This document shows positions 1 through 10,500 of a DNA stretch of 64,000 bases, one piece after another; position 1 is the stretch's first letter; each line of letters opens with the position of its first letter. The stretch comes from Candidatus Bathyarchaeota archaeon (GTDB lineage: Archaea > Thermoproteota > Bathyarchaeia > Bathyarchaeales > Bathycorpusculaceae): assembly GCA_963772455.1 (NCBI GenBank), contig CAVYXJ010000010.1:352001-416000 (forward strand). The letters run 5' to 3'. The position numbers were made by a program, and so were the translations under genes. The notes below the pieces were generated by a model that did not search any database, was not told the DNA's origin, and worked only from the letters and a program-made list of their open reading frames with translations.

Positions 1-1
1 C

Positions 2-2098
2 GAAGCAGAGAAAATTGCGAGCTCAGCCAAAGATGCTGTTATAGAATTTGCTACTCAAAGAGACCTTGCAGCAACAATTGCCAACGAAGAAAAAGCTCTT
101 CGAGGCATCGAGGAAATGGGCGATGTTGGTGCTATCGCTGGTATTCATGGCAGACTGCGTAACCTTATAAAAATTGACAAAAACTTCAAAAAAGCTATCG
201 ATGCAGCTGCCACTGGTTGGCTTGATGCTTTAGTTGTTAAAGACATCGATATTGCCTTTACTTGCATGGAAACTCTAAGACGCATGAAACTGGGCAGAAT
301 TAAAATTATTCCGCTTCAAGGCGCAATCAACATAAAAAATAAAGAGCCACCCAAACGAGAAGGTATAATTGGGCCTCTTTCAGGTTTAATGAAATATGAT
401 AGCGCTTTTGCATTGGCAGTCAACTATGTTTTCGGAGACACAGTTGTTGTTTCCAATGATAAGACGGCATTTGCTCTTTCAAATGAGGGCTATCGGGCAG
501 TCACGGTGAATGGTGACTTGTATGAGCCAGGCGCATTCGAAAGTGGCTATTATCGTGCACCTATCGATTTCTCGACGATAATTCCCAGTGAAAACGCATT
601 AAAGAGTTTAGATGAAGCCGTAAAAGCGTTGCAGCAGCATCTTACTCAACGAGGTACGGATATTGTAGGGATTGAGGAAGAGCTTGAATACACAAAAATT
701 GCAATTACAAGACTCACAGAATCCGTGGCTACATTAGAAAGAGAAATAATTAGAATTAAGCGTGGAGTTAAAAGAACCCAATTTAACATTCGTCACTTGG
801 AGAAATATGGGGGAAAACTTGAACGTGAAGCAGCCTCCTATAAAGGTCGCATGGAAATTTACAGAAATGAGCGAAACTCTATTCGAAAAAATCACCAAAA
901 AATCCATGCTGAAATCGCAGCTTTAAGATTAAAAACTGATGTTGCCCATATCCAAGAATTAGAAGTTCAACGTGAAAAAATCGGCGAAGAATTAAATACA
1001 CTTCGTCAACGGTTGGGTTCTGCACAAACGGAAATTTCAACTTACCAATCTCAATTCGATAGAGTGTTACGTAATGGCTACAAGAATACTAAGATTCAGC
1101 TTTCGAAGGTTGATCAGCAGCAGAATAAGCTTGCTAAAGAAGTTGCGGATGCACTTTCTGAACGTGACGCAATAAAGAAGGAAGCGGATGAGTTAGAGAA
1201 AAGCCGAGTTGATCTCTCTAAAGCTGTATTTTCAGCCCGTGAAGAATCCAAGAAATTTACTTCCCAAATTGATTCAATCGATTCAGAACTTAGATTGCTG
1301 GATTCGGAGTATGAGCAGGCAGAGCGTCTTCTAAACCAATTGCAACTCGGGATAGAAACTAGTCAACTGCGTTTGCAACAACTTCAAGGCCAACTTAGAA
1401 ATTTTGGTTACGAGGTGGCAATAGAAACTAACCCAAGGCAGGTTCAAGAAGCCGAAACAACCATTCGCATGATGCAGTTTGAAATGGAAAGAATAGGAGC
1501 TATAAACCAGCTGGCTTCTTCACATTATTCAGAGCAGATTTCAAGATACCGCGAATTATCTGTGCGCTTAAACGAATTAGAGAGAGAAAAACAAGCCATA
1601 GTTCTATTTATGGATGAGATTGAATCTAAAAAACGCAAGGTTTTCATGACAGCTTTTGAGAAAATCAACACTGCATTGAAGGTTTACTTCGAAAAACTCA
1701 CTGGCGGAGGAGAAGCATCACTTAAATTAGAAAACCCAGAAGAACCCTTCAATGGAGGCATAGATATGATTGTGCAATTTCCAAACAAGCCTGCAATCGT
1801 TGTAAGTGGAGCTAGCGGTGGTGAACGTTCTGTTTCAGCAGTCAGCTTTATTTTTTCTCTCAAAGAGTTTACGCCAGCGTCATTCTACATCCTAGACGAA
1901 GTTGACGCGCACTTAGATGCTTATCACACAACCAAACTTGCTGAAGTACTGCTTGAGGAAGCAGGAAAAATCCAGTTCATAGTAATTAGTTTACGACCAG
2001 AAATGGTAAACAAAGCTCAGAAAGTCTATGGTGTCTATGAACGCAACGGAGTTTCCAATGTGGTGACTGCAAAGTTCCCACCGGAGGTAGCCAGGTAA
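2..2098 (+). CDS. smc: Chromosome segregation protein SMC (5' partial, runs off the window)
   Basis: Frame is open from nt 2. Hinge region (GRLRNLI, GRIKIIPL, VTVNGDL), long coiled coil, C-terminal signature SGGERS and Walker B/D-loop FYILDEVDAHLD. Followed by scpA and scpB. Confidence 0.96.
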   Translation, partial: EAEKIASSAKDAVIEFATQRDLAATIANEEKALRGIEEMGDVGAIAGIHGRLRNLIKIDKNFKKAIDAAATGWLDALVVKDIDIAFTCMETLRRMKLGRIKIIPLQGAINIKNKEPPKREGIIGPLSGLMKYDSAFALAVNYVFGDTVVVSNDKTAFALSNEGYRAVTVNGDLYEPGAFESGYYRAPIDFSTIIPSENALKSLDEAVKALQQHLTQRGTDIVGIEEELEYTKIAITRLTESVATLEREIIRIKRGVKRTQFNIRHLEKYGGKLEREAASYKGRMEIYRNERNSIRKNHQKIHAEIAALRLKTDVAHIQELEVQREKIGEELNTLRQRLGSAQTEISTYQSQFDRVLRNGYKNTKIQLSKVDQQQNKLAKEVADALSERDAIKKEADELEKSRVDLSKAVFSAREESKKFTSQIDSIDSELRLLDSEYEQAERLLNQLQLGIETSQLRLQQLQGQLRNFGYEVAIETNPRQVQEAETTIRMMQFEMERIGAINQLASSHYSEQISRYRELSVRLNELEREKQAIVLFMDEIESKKRKVFMTAFEKINTALKVYFEKLTGGGEASLKLENPEEPFNGGIDMIVQFPNKPAIVVSGASGGERSVSAVSFIFSLKEFTPASFYILDEVDAHLDAYHTTKLAEVLLEEAGKIQFIVISLRPEMVNKAQKVYGVYERNGVSNVVTAKFPPEVAR

Positions 2099-2815
2099 AT
2101 GGCGTCATCTTCACCCACAACTCCTATGAGGCGACCGTTTTATCTTCGCCCCCCATGGAACATTCTCTTCGAAGTTAGCAAACTTGAAAAAGTTACACCA
2201 TGGAACGTTAACATAGCTTATTTGCTAAGGTCTTTTCTAACGGAAATGGAGCGAACAGAAAAAGTAGATTTCCGCGCTTCAGGCGTGGCATTGGATTCTT
2301 CAGCTTTAATTTATTTAATGAAGTCTAAGCTCCTGCTCACTCTGCAAGAGCCACCGGTGTTGGCTAAGGGTCCAACGGATTTTGTACCACCACCATTATT
2401 CCTGCCATTGCGACATGAATTAACATCAACAACCATCGAACATTTACTCGATGTCTTAAAAGAAGTCTTGAACGGGGAAAAGCTTCTGACTTTGAACCCT
2501 GAAGTTAAGACCCATCCAGTTTTTCCAGCACTCACAGATTTACTACCCCAATTCGACAAGTTTATGGCTGAACTCGAACTGCAAGTTGACCAGTTATATG
2601 CCATTTTATGTGAGAAAGTAGGAGGTCAAGGAATAATTGATTTTACAACTCTCTCAAAAGGTGCGACTCGAATTGAAGCGTTGAGAATGTTTATTTATTT
2701 ACTGTTCCTTGCGCAGAATGGCTTAGTTAGTTTGTGGCAGAATGAAGAAACAGAGGAACTCTACATAGCTGTGGGGAAACTGAACGTTGGAAAAGTCGAA
2801 AAACCTACAAGTTGA
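2099..2815 (+). CDS. scpA: Segregation/condensation protein A (kleisin)
   Basis: PWNVNI motif, 'LIYLMKSKLLL', C-terminal winged helix 'FIYLLFLAQNGLVSLWQ'; lies between smc and scpB. Confidence 0.9.
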   Translation: MASSSPTTPMRRPFYLRPPWNILFEVSKLEKVTPWNVNIAYLLRSFLTEMERTEKVDFRASGVALDSSALIYLMKSKLLLTLQEPPVLAKGPTDFVPPPLFLPLRHELTSTTIEHLLDVLKEVLNGEKLLTLNPEVKTHPVFPALTDLLPQFDKFMAELELQVDQLYAILCEKVGGQGIIDFTTLSKGATRIEALRMFIYLLFLAQNGLVSLWQNEETEELYIAVGKLNVGKVEKPTS

Positions 2816-3437
2816 TTCAAACATAACGGCAGAGCAAACGATAGAAACTGATCGAAAAGCTCATCATTTGGCATTACTAGAAGCAGCTCTTTACGTTGCT
2901 GGTCGTCCACTTGACTTAAACGAGCTATGTCAAGTTGTAGGTAGTCGTTCTAAGAAGAGAACCCAAATTTATATTGAAATGCTGATGAAAGAATATGCAG
3001 CTCGAAATAATGCATTAGAGATTTTATCACTTAAGAATGAACGCTATGTTCTGCAAGTGAAGGCGGAATTTACTCACCTCATTAAGAAACTCGTGAACCG
3101 GCCTCTTCTCTCGTCTGGTCCGCTTAAAACGCTTTCTTATATTGCTTATCGGCAACCTATCTCTCAGAAAAGAGTAATTGATGTTCGAGGTCAACACGCG
3201 TATGGGCATGTAAAGATGCTTAAGGATATGGGGCTGATTATGTCGGAGAGAAGTGGGCGTTCTTTGGCATTGAAGACAACTGATTATTTCGCTGATTATT
3301 TTGGCTTAACTACGGATACATTGGTAATGAAGAAAGACCTCAAGAAGATTTTTGGTGAAGCAATAAAAGAGGATGCTGAAGAGAGACAAGAAAAAGAAAA
3401 GCAAGAGCAACAAGAGAATAATGCCAAACAAGTGTAG
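2787..3437 (+). CDS. scpB: Segregation/condensation protein B
   Basis: LEAALYVAGRPL, LKTLSYIAYRQPI, TTDYFADYFGL are ScpB motifs. Confidence 0.95.
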   Translation: MEKSKNLQVDSNITAEQTIETDRKAHHLALLEAALYVAGRPLDLNELCQVVGSRSKKRTQIYIEMLMKEYAARNNALEILSLKNERYVLQVKAEFTHLIKKLVNRPLLSSGPLKTLSYIAYRQPISQKRVIDVRGQHAYGHVKMLKDMGLIMSERSGRSLALKTTDYFADYFGLTTDTLVMKKDLKKIFGEAIKEDAEERQEKEKQEQQENNAKQV

Positions 3438-3668
3438 TTTGGATCTTTTTTCCAGAACTAAACAATTGTTAATCAAACAAACAGAAATTGGATGGAAGAC
3501 GTAATATGTACGTTAATTATTGGTTTTTCTAAATGTTGTTTAGTAACAACAATTATAGAATAAACCATTTAAAACCAGAAAAATACACAGAAAAACAATC
3601 AATAAACAAATACATTTATATTGAAATCTACGGTTTTAGTGACTACTCGAACGTAGGAAATGTAGAAT

Positions 3669-4061
3669 ATGTCTACTCATAGCAGTTTACGCAAAAGAAA
3701 ACTTTCAGGCGGCAAAAAAAGAGCTTACCGCTCAAAGAAAAAGTATGAAGCAGGCGGTTACCCAGCAGAAACAGTTCTTGGTGAGCCAAGACGAAAGACC
3801 ACCCGAGGTATGGGCGGTATATGCAAAATCAAAGCTCTCGCCGAAAAATTCGCTTCAGTAACTGACCCTAAAAGCGGCAAGACAGAAAAAACTGAAATCA
3901 CACGCGTTGTCAAAAATGGTGCGAACGTTGACTACAACCGCAGAGGCGTAATAACAAAAGGCGCAGAAATCGATACTGCATTAGGCTTAGCAAAAGTTAC
4001 AAGTCGACCAGGTAGCGACGGCGTAATAAATGCAGTTCTCATAACAAAAACAAAGGCATAA
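3669..4061 (+). CDS. rps8e: 30S ribosomal protein S8e
   Basis: RKLSGGK, ITKGAEI, VTSRPGSDGVINAV. Confidence 0.97.
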   Translation: MSTHSSLRKRKLSGGKKRAYRSKKKYEAGGYPAETVLGEPRRKTTRGMGGICKIKALAEKFASVTDPKSGKTEKTEITRVVKNGANVDYNRRGVITKGAEIDTALGLAKVTSRPGSDGVINAVLITKTKA

Positions 4062-4074
4062 TTTTTTTATTATT

Positions 4075-4383
4075 TTAACGTCTTATTGACTGCTGCTGTT
4101 GGCTTTTTATCTTAATTAATTGTTTCGCTATCTTTTGAATTATTTTTTCTTTTGCTTCGTTCTTTTCTACAAGTAACATTCCTGATTTAGCCCAGGGAGT
4201 TTTTGGAAAGTGCGCTTCAAGGTTAATTTCGTTTTTTAAACATAGTTTATCTGTTGCTTCTTTGATTTCCAAGATTTTTGGGGATTGCACAGCCATGGCT
4301 TTTGGGACGCGTCGTCCATCTTTTCTGGTTTTGTTACAGTCGAAGTAGATTGGCCAGATTATTGCTTTATCGAGTTTTCTCAT
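4075..4383 (-). CDS. srp19: Signal recognition particle protein SRP19
   Basis: IIWPIYFD...TRKDGRRVPK, FPKTPW. ATG at 4383 follows a GGTGA Shine-Dalgarno-like motif. Confidence 0.93.
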   Translation of the reverse strand: MRKLDKAIIWPIYFDCNKTRKDGRRVPKAMAVQSPKILEIKEATDKLCLKNEINLEAHFPKTPWAKSGMLLVEKNEAKEKIIQKIAKQLIKIKSQQQQSIRR

Positions 4384-4393
4384 GTGTTTCACC

Positions 4394-6145
4394 TTATTTG
4401 TGGGCGTAATAAGCGATTAGTTTCTCGCTGACTTCGTTTATGTTTACAAATCCGAAGCGTTCAAACTGTATGATGATGTCTGGCTTTAACTTTTTGCAAT
4501 CAGCCTCAGCAAATCCTTCTACAACTGAAGCGTCTGGCATGACTATTTGTGTTGGGAATTCTGATCCTTTGGGTATCCATTGGATGAGTTGGACTTTGAT
4601 TTTTCGTACGTCTTCGTAGGATTCGCTGACAAATTTTGCGGTCACTGCGTTGTCTGTTTTTGTTTCGATTTTGACATTGAATAGTTCCATTAGCCTAAAG
4701 ATTTTTTCAGGTTCCATTGTTTCCGAGTCTTTCTTTGAAATCCAAAAACTCACGGCTTTATCTTCACTTTGGGGTGTTATTGTGTATTCTCTGAATCCAT
4801 GTTCTGGTTTTTCGGGGTGAAGGGGTAGTTTGGTTTGGAAAGTTTTTGGAAGTCCTGTTACTTTGAGTTCGAAAGGTTGAGCTACGAAGAAGTATCTGTT
4901 GCTGATGTTGTCGAGGATTTTGCGGTTGTATGAAAACAGGTTTTCCCAGCTTAAAGTAACGTCGTTTGGTTTGATGCCTACGTCAATTATCATTTTTTTG
5001 ATGGCTTCTGAGGTGATTCCGCGTTTTCTTAGAGCTGCGAATGTTCCTAATCTTGGGTCGTCAAAGCCTGTGTATGTGCCTGCTTTTATGCCTGCAACGA
5101 TTTTGGATTTGCTCAAGTCGGCGCCTGTGATTTTTAGTCTGCCATAATGTATGGCTTCAGGATAATCCCATCCTAAATAATTGTACATGTATTTTTGGCG
5201 CACCATGTTGGTGTAGTGTTCTTTGCCGCGGATGATGTGGGTCATGCCCATTAGATGGTCGTCTAAGCCTGCTGCTAAGTTGTAGAGTGGCCATACGATG
5301 TATTTGCTTCCTACTCTTGGGTGAGGATATTTTATGGTGTCGATGACTCTTAGTGCTGGCCAATCTCGGATAGCTGGGTTAGGGTTTTCTAGATCAGTTT
5401 TTATTCGAACAACTGCTTGGCCTTCAGTGTAGCCGCCAGTTAGCATGCTGTGCCATCGTTCTAAATGTTCTCCAGCTGGTAGATCTCGACATGGGCAGGC
5501 GATTTTGTCTATTATTTTTTTGCGGAATTCTTCAGAGGGGCATTCACAAATGTATGCGTTTCCTTGTTCAATGAGTTTTTCTGTGTATTCGTAATAGATT
5601 GGTAAGCGGTCGCTCTGGATATATTCTTCATCAACTTTGCAGCCCAGCCACTTCAAATCTTGTCTGATGCTGTCATAAAATTTTAAGGAGGGTTTTTTGA
5701 TTTTTGGATCTGTATCTTCAAAGCGCAGAATGAATTTGCCATTGTAGTTGCGTGCGTATTCGTGGCTTAGAAGTATGGCTCTTGCTGAACCTAAATGGAG
5801 AACGCAATCTGGGTTGGGCGAGAATCTTGTGACGATTTGTTTGTATTTGTCGGCGTTTGGCAGTGGTGAGAGATGTTTTTCTTCTGGTTTCTCTTTCTTT
5901 TGGGTTTCAGGCCATTTCGCTTCAACAATTGCTTTCTGCTCAGTTAATGATAAACTGTTAACTTCACTTACAACGGCGTTAATGACGCTTGATAGCTCTT
6001 TTACGCGGCTTCTCAATTCTGCTTTTTCTCCCAAAATCTTGCCAACCATGGCACCCGCCTGAGCTTTTCCATCATGCCCAACCGCATTTAACAAAGCAGC
6101 TTTTCGAATAAGTTCTCTAAGGTCAATGTCGTTTTCTAATTCCAA
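4394..6145 (-). CDS. gltX: Glutamate--tRNA ligase
   Basis: TRFSPNP..LHLGSAR (HIGH-like), LRFEDTDP, IRGKEH, LSKS, QFERFGF. Confidence 0.97.
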   Translation of the reverse strand: MELENDIDLRELIRKAALLNAVGHDGKAQAGAMVGKILGEKAELRSRVKELSSVINAVVSEVNSLSLTEQKAIVEAKWPETQKKEKPEEKHLSPLPNADKYKQIVTRFSPNPDCVLHLGSARAILLSHEYARNYNGKFILRFEDTDPKIKKPSLKFYDSIRQDLKWLGCKVDEEYIQSDRLPIYYEYTEKLIEQGNAYICECPSEEFRKKIIDKIACPCRDLPAGEHLERWHSMLTGGYTEGQAVVRIKTDLENPNPAIRDWPALRVIDTIKYPHPRVGSKYIVWPLYNLAAGLDDHLMGMTHIIRGKEHYTNMVRQKYMYNYLGWDYPEAIHYGRLKITGADLSKSKIVAGIKAGTYTGFDDPRLGTFAALRKRGITSEAIKKMIIDVGIKPNDVTLSWENLFSYNRKILDNISNRYFFVAQPFELKVTGLPKTFQTKLPLHPEKPEHGFREYTITPQSEDKAVSFWISKKDSETMEPEKIFRLMELFNVKIETKTDNAVTAKFVSESYEDVRKIKVQLIQWIPKGSEFPTQIVMPDASVVEGFAEADCKKLKPDIIIQFERFGFVNINEVSEKLIAYYAHK

Positions 6146-6166
6146 ATCTAATACGCTCGCTGAAGT

Positions 6167-7261
6167 TTACTTGTTTCGTGTAATCAAGAATTCGGCGAAC
6201 GCTTTTAATTTTTCCTTAGCTTGGGGCGTTGGAAGAAGTTTTTCGGTTGCCCTCCAGCTTTCCATTACCATTTGTTCTGCAGTTTGCTTTACATATTCTA
6301 TGGCGCCATATTTCTGAATGAGTGCGATGGCTTCATCTCGTAGTTTCTGGTCTGAGGTGTGCATGTTTAGAATTTTTATTAGTCGCGCTTTGTCTTTGCT
6401 GTTTGCTTTTTTGAGTGTGTAAATAACCAATAAGGATCGTTTGCCCTCAGTGATGTCTCCTCCGACGCATCCTTTGCTCTTGGCGAATTCTTGCCCCGTC
6501 AAATCCAATATGTCATCTTGCATCTGGAAAGCGACACCTATGCTTTCTGCAAATCGACCGAGCTTTTCAACTAAGGGTTTGTTGGCGCCAGAGAGAACAG
6601 CAGCCATCTTTGCTGCCATACGCGCGAGAGTGCCGGTTTTGTAAGCACACATCTGCAAATAATCATTTTCATCTAAGTTGTCGGCGTTTGCGATGCCACG
6701 GTGCCATGCTATGTCCATAGCTTGTCCCATGCTTAAGTTAATCATTTCTTGTACATAGACTTCGTAGATATCCCGTTGCACTTCGGCCTTAACTTTTGTG
6801 GCCATTGTCATAAGTGGCAAGAGCGGCAGGTAATACATTGCATTTCCAGCATTAACTGCGATGTCGGTTTGGAAAATTTTGTAGGTGCATGGTTTGCCAC
6901 GGCGAACTTCTGAGGAATCTTCGATGTCATCGATGACAAGTGTGCCGTTGTGGATGACTTCGGGAATTATCGAGAAATCTAAACAATAATCGGCTTTTTC
7001 GCCTAATGCCTCGCAAATGAGCAAGAATAATGCTGGGCGCCAACGTTTTCCGCCGCGATCTAGCATATCCCAGATTGGGTCGGCAATTGCTTTGTTTAGC
7101 GGCTCAAGAGTGTAGCTGTAGATTGGTGGTTCAACTTTGAAAAGAATGGCGTCTTTGGTGAATTTTCTTGGGATGTATTTTTCGATGGCTTTGTCTATTT
7201 TGGGTGCTGTTTGTTCAAGAAACTTTTCAATATCCAAGTTAATGTGCTCCTCTTTTTGCAT
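6167..7261 (-). CDS. idsA: Polyprenyl (geranylgeranyl) diphosphate synthase
   Basis: GGKRWRP, first Asp-rich motif DDIEDSSEVRRG, KTG, second motif FQMQDDILD. Confidence 0.92.
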   Translation of the reverse strand: MQKEEHINLDIEKFLEQTAPKIDKAIEKYIPRKFTKDAILFKVEPPIYSYTLEPLNKAIADPIWDMLDRGGKRWRPALFLLICEALGEKADYCLDFSIIPEVIHNGTLVIDDIEDSSEVRRGKPCTYKIFQTDIAVNAGNAMYYLPLLPLMTMATKVKAEVQRDIYEVYVQEMINLSMGQAMDIAWHRGIANADNLDENDYLQMCAYKTGTLARMAAKMAAVLSGANKPLVEKLGRFAESIGVAFQMQDDILDLTGQEFAKSKGCVGGDITEGKRSLLVIYTLKKANSKDKARLIKILNMHTSDQKLRDEAIALIQKYGAIEYVKQTAEQMVMESWRATEKLLPTPQAKEKLKAFAEFLITRNK

Positions 7262-8330
7262 ATTTTTGCAGGTTGTAGCCTCTGGCTTGAAGCCACTCGC
7301 CAGTTTTACCTGTAATAACTATGGAGATCTTTGGTAAATCTTCGATTTTTTCTGCTCCGACAAGGAACATGGCATTTCGTAGTTCTTCAATTAAGCTTGA
7401 AAGTTTTTCTTCGGTTTCTTTTGCGCTTTTAACTGCGGTCTGGAGAATTGGTTGGGAAATGCTTGCTAGAGATGCGTTAAGGGCTAAGGCTTTAGCTATA
7501 TCAGTGCCACATCGTAAGCCACCTGAAGCTATCACTGGTAACTTTACAGTTTGAACTGTTTCAATAAGACTTACAACAGTTGGTATGCCCCAGTCCCAGA
7601 AAGCTTCTCCTGATAAATTCGCTGTTGCTGTTGAGCGGTAATATTCGACTGCTGCAAAACTTGTTCCCCCAACTCCGCCCACATCAATTGATTTGACGCC
7701 TGCATTTTCGAGGGCTTTGGCATCTTCGGCGGAAATTCCTGCACCAGTCTCCTTAACAATCACAGGCGTATCAAGAGCGCCTGCGATTTCAGCGATTTTG
7801 GCTAAAACCCCTTTAAAGTTAGTTTGTCCTTCGGGCTGAACTGCTTCCTGCAACGCATTCAAATGTATTGCAACAGCGTCAGCGTTAATCATTTCTACGA
7901 CTTTTTTAACTTCTTTTAATCCGTAGCCGTGAACTAGTTGGACTCCGCCGATGTTGGCGATTAAGAATGCGTTGGGTGCCATTTTGCGTGCTATTGCGTA
8001 GGTGTGTTCGAGTTTTTGGTTTTCGATTGCTGCTCTTTGGCTTCCAACTCCCATGCCTAACCCGAGTTTTTCGACGGCTTGGGCAATTGATGAGTTAATT
8101 TGGGTGGCTTGTTCAGTTCCGCCAGTCATTGCGCCAACTATTATTGGGGCATTAAATTTTTTTCCAAGAAAAGTGGTTGATAATTTGATTTTTTCTTTGT
8201 TTACTTCTGGGAGCGCTCGGTGAATTAATTGGATGTCTTCGAAGCCTGAGGTGGCAGTTTTGGCTTGCGCTTTGTTTCCTAAACATATTCTTATATGGTC
8301 TTCTTTGCGCTTCCCAGTTTCGTTAGCCAT
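7239..8330 (-). CDS. fni: Type 2 isopentenyl-diphosphate delta-isomerase
   Basis: RKEDHI, AMTGG, GVGSQR, HLNALQE, VKETG, GGTSF, WGIPT. Confidence 0.96.
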   Translation of the reverse strand: MANETGKRKEDHIRICLGNKAQAKTATSGFEDIQLIHRALPEVNKEKIKLSTTFLGKKFNAPIIVGAMTGGTEQATQINSSIAQAVEKLGLGMGVGSQRAAIENQKLEHTYAIARKMAPNAFLIANIGGVQLVHGYGLKEVKKVVEMINADAVAIHLNALQEAVQPEGQTNFKGVLAKIAEIAGALDTPVIVKETGAGISAEDAKALENAGVKSIDVGGVGGTSFAAVEYYRSTATANLSGEAFWDWGIPTVVSLIETVQTVKLPVIASGGLRCGTDIAKALALNASLASISQPILQTAVKSAKETEEKLSSLIEELRNAMFLVGAEKIEDLPKISIVITGKTGEWLQARGYNLQKYAKRGAH

Positions 8331-8331
8331 T

Positions 8332-9150
8332 TTAGGTCTTCTCTATTTCAGTGCCTAACACACTTTGGTCTGTTAGCGCTCTGTAAATAGATAACCCTTT
8401 TGTGGCTCCGGTAACTGTAACATGGACTCCGTGCTCTATTGCAGGTATTAATGCACATATTTTGCCTGCCATGCCGCCTGTAACGTCTTTGCCTTGGGCT
8501 TTGCCAAGTTTAGGTTGAATTGCTTTGAGCTCGGCTAACGTTAGTTTCTTGTAGGCTTTTGCATCTGGATTGGTTTTTGGGTCTGCATCAAATATGCCAT
8601 CTGTGTCGGTGCCGACAACGATTTTTGAAGCGTTGTATTTGATTGCTAAGTACGCGACTAATTGGTCGCCTGAGAGGATTGTGAAGCCTAATTTTTCGTC
8701 TAAAACTGCATCGCCATACATGACGGGTGTGAAGTTCATTTTTTGCATTGTTTTGAGGACTGTTTCGTCAAAGACTTTTATTTTTCCGTTTTCGGTTAAG
8801 AAACATGAAGATGGTGCGATGCTTACAGCGGCGATCTCATGCCAAATCATAGCATCCATGACTAGACCGTTTAGAACAGTCATTACGTGGTGGGTTTCGG
8901 CGAAGCCGAGTTTTTGGGTTGGATCCTCATTGTAGCCTTCTTTTAAGCCGTATTTTAATGCGGTTGGGTGACCAAAGCTGCCTCCTCCATGCACAACGAT
9001 TAGGTTGTCGAGGTCTGCACGCTTGATTTCTTCCGCTAAACGGTTTATTATTTCAGTTTTTGCGGCTAATTCTCCGGTTTTATCAGTGATGGCTGAACCG
9101 CCAATTTTTAGGATGATGGGTCTTGAATCGCTCATTGTAATCGTAACCAA
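8332..9150 (-). CDS. ipk: Isopentenyl phosphate kinase
   Basis: LKIGGSAITDK, VHGGGSFGH, LSGDQ, DVTGGM; amino-acid-kinase fold within the isoprenoid operon. Confidence 0.93.
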   Translation of the reverse strand: MVTITMSDSRPIILKIGGSAITDKTGELAAKTEIINRLAEEIKRADLDNLIVVHGGGSFGHPTALKYGLKEGYNEDPTQKLGFAETHHVMTVLNGLVMDAMIWHEIAAVSIAPSSCFLTENGKIKVFDETVLKTMQKMNFTPVMYGDAVLDEKLGFTILSGDQLVAYLAIKYNASKIVVGTDTDGIFDADPKTNPDAKAYKKLTLAELKAIQPKLGKAQGKDVTGGMAGKICALIPAIEHGVHVTVTGATKGLSIYRALTDQSVLGTEIEKT

Positions 9151-9383
9151 CTATGATTATTTGTGTTCTGCTAATTTAACATTACAGTTCGAAGGAAGTC
9201 CCATTAAGTGAATGTGGACAAATTTTTCGTTTGATAGTGGAACAACAACCAACAGGTTTTGTTAAAACCGAAGTTTTGCTTCTTAAAGCATGTTGAAGCA
9301 TTAGACTGTTTGTGCAATATCCCGCAAAGGTGTTTTTCGTAAGTTTTATCTTATGAGTTGTGGGATATTAAAGCGCGAACGCA

Positions 9384-9647
9384 ATGGCAACGTCGAAAGT
9401 TGATCGAAAACATCGAATAGTCATAGACGAACAAACCAGAGCAAAAACTCACCTCAAAGCAGGCGATACTGTAATAATTGAACCGCTAGACAGTCACAGC
9501 TTTAAAGATACTTTGTCAGACTTTACATCAGAAAAAGTCGAAGATGACCCAGCGAGGAAGATGCGCCACAAACCCGCCAAAATCAAGCATTACATTCCGC
9601 CCGAGGAACTCGAAAAAATCATGGAAGAAACGATGTGGGAAGAATAA
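9384..9647 (+). CDS. AbrB/MazE-fold antitoxin-like protein (orphan)
   Basis: SKVDRKHRIVI...LKAGDTV swapped-hairpin pattern. Confidence 0.65.
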   Translation: MATSKVDRKHRIVIDEQTRAKTHLKAGDTVIIEPLDSHSFKDTLSDFTSEKVEDDPARKMRHKPAKIKHYIPPEELEKIMEETMWEE

Positions 9648-9679
9648 CTAACCCAGAAATCAAATTCCTGGACATGTGA
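9635..9679 (+). pseudogene. Probable truncated VapC/PIN toxin remnant
   Basis: Overlapping GTG ORF reads MGRITNPEIKFLDM* and resembles the first beta strand (hhhD) of PIN toxins before stopping. Confidence 0.35.
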
Positions 9680-9778
9680 GGATTTCGCTCATTATAACTA
9701 GACCAGCTACGTTTGGTTTGGCATTCTTTGATTACCTTTGGGTGTGTCTTTTCTCAGGATTAAAAAACTTGATGTTTT

Positions 9779-10144
9779 TTAGAGTTCAAGCAGGATTTTT
9801 TTGAACTGAGGTTTTAAGTTGGGTAAAACATTAATTGCCATATTCCACATGGCGTTGGGGTCAGAACCAAAGTATTCGTGTGTTAACTCGCTTCGAAGTT
9901 CGCTTAGTTCTTTATAGGGTATCCGATAATGGTAAAATCGTGATTTGATGCCTGAATGCTTCGCCAAAACTCTTGCAGCTTCGCCGATGTTCCGAAGGTT
10001 AGCATCCACCGCATCAATTCTTAAGTGGTCTTCAGCAAAAGCTTCTTGAGTTAACCCTTTGGTGTACTTCTCTATTTTTTCTATACTGTCAATAATTTCG
10101 GTCAGGTATAAACGAGGACTTCTTTCAAGGTGATCGCTTTTCAT
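9779..10144 (-). CDS. hepT: HepT/DUF86 HEPN ribonuclease toxin
   Basis: YLTEIIDSIEKIEKYT, IGEAA, and the RX4HXY motif RSELTHEY. Confidence 0.88.
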   Translation of the reverse strand: MKSDHLERSPRLYLTEIIDSIEKIEKYTKGLTQEAFAEDHLRIDAVDANLRNIGEAARVLAKHSGIKSRFYHYRIPYKELSELRSELTHEYFGSDPNAMWNMAINVLPNLKPQFKKILLEL

Positions 10145-10437
10145 ACGGGTATAGCTTCCTTGAGCACCTCATCTTTTATGTGCCTGTTCAGGAACTCTTT
10201 GGATACAACATCCACTTTAACGCCTAGTTTTCTTCTAAGATATTTTTTTAAGCCTATGATCGTAAAATAATCGTAATTCGTCGTTGAGTAAGTGACCAGT
10301 AGGTCTATGTCGCTTTTTTCGTTGGCTTGATTTCTTGCGTATGAACCGAAGATGTCTATAGTTTCGACTTGGAAGCGTTTCTTTAACGTGGGCTTTAGTG
10401 TTTCAAGCTCTTTTTTTATTTCTTCAAGAGTTTTCAT
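10141..10437 (-). CDS. mntA: MntA-type minimal nucleotidyltransferase antitoxin
   Basis: IFGSYAR..SDIDLLV, VKVDVV; 4-nt overlap with hepT. Confidence 0.9.
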   Translation of the reverse strand: MKTLEEIKKELETLKPTLKKRFQVETIDIFGSYARNQANEKSDIDLLVTYSTTNYDYFTIIGLKKYLRRKLGVKVDVVSKEFLNRHIKDEVLKEAIPV

Positions 10438-10500
10438 TGGGTTTCATTATGGTTGATGTTATTTAAAAGCGTTAAAAAACTATATTGGAAAAAAGGATTT

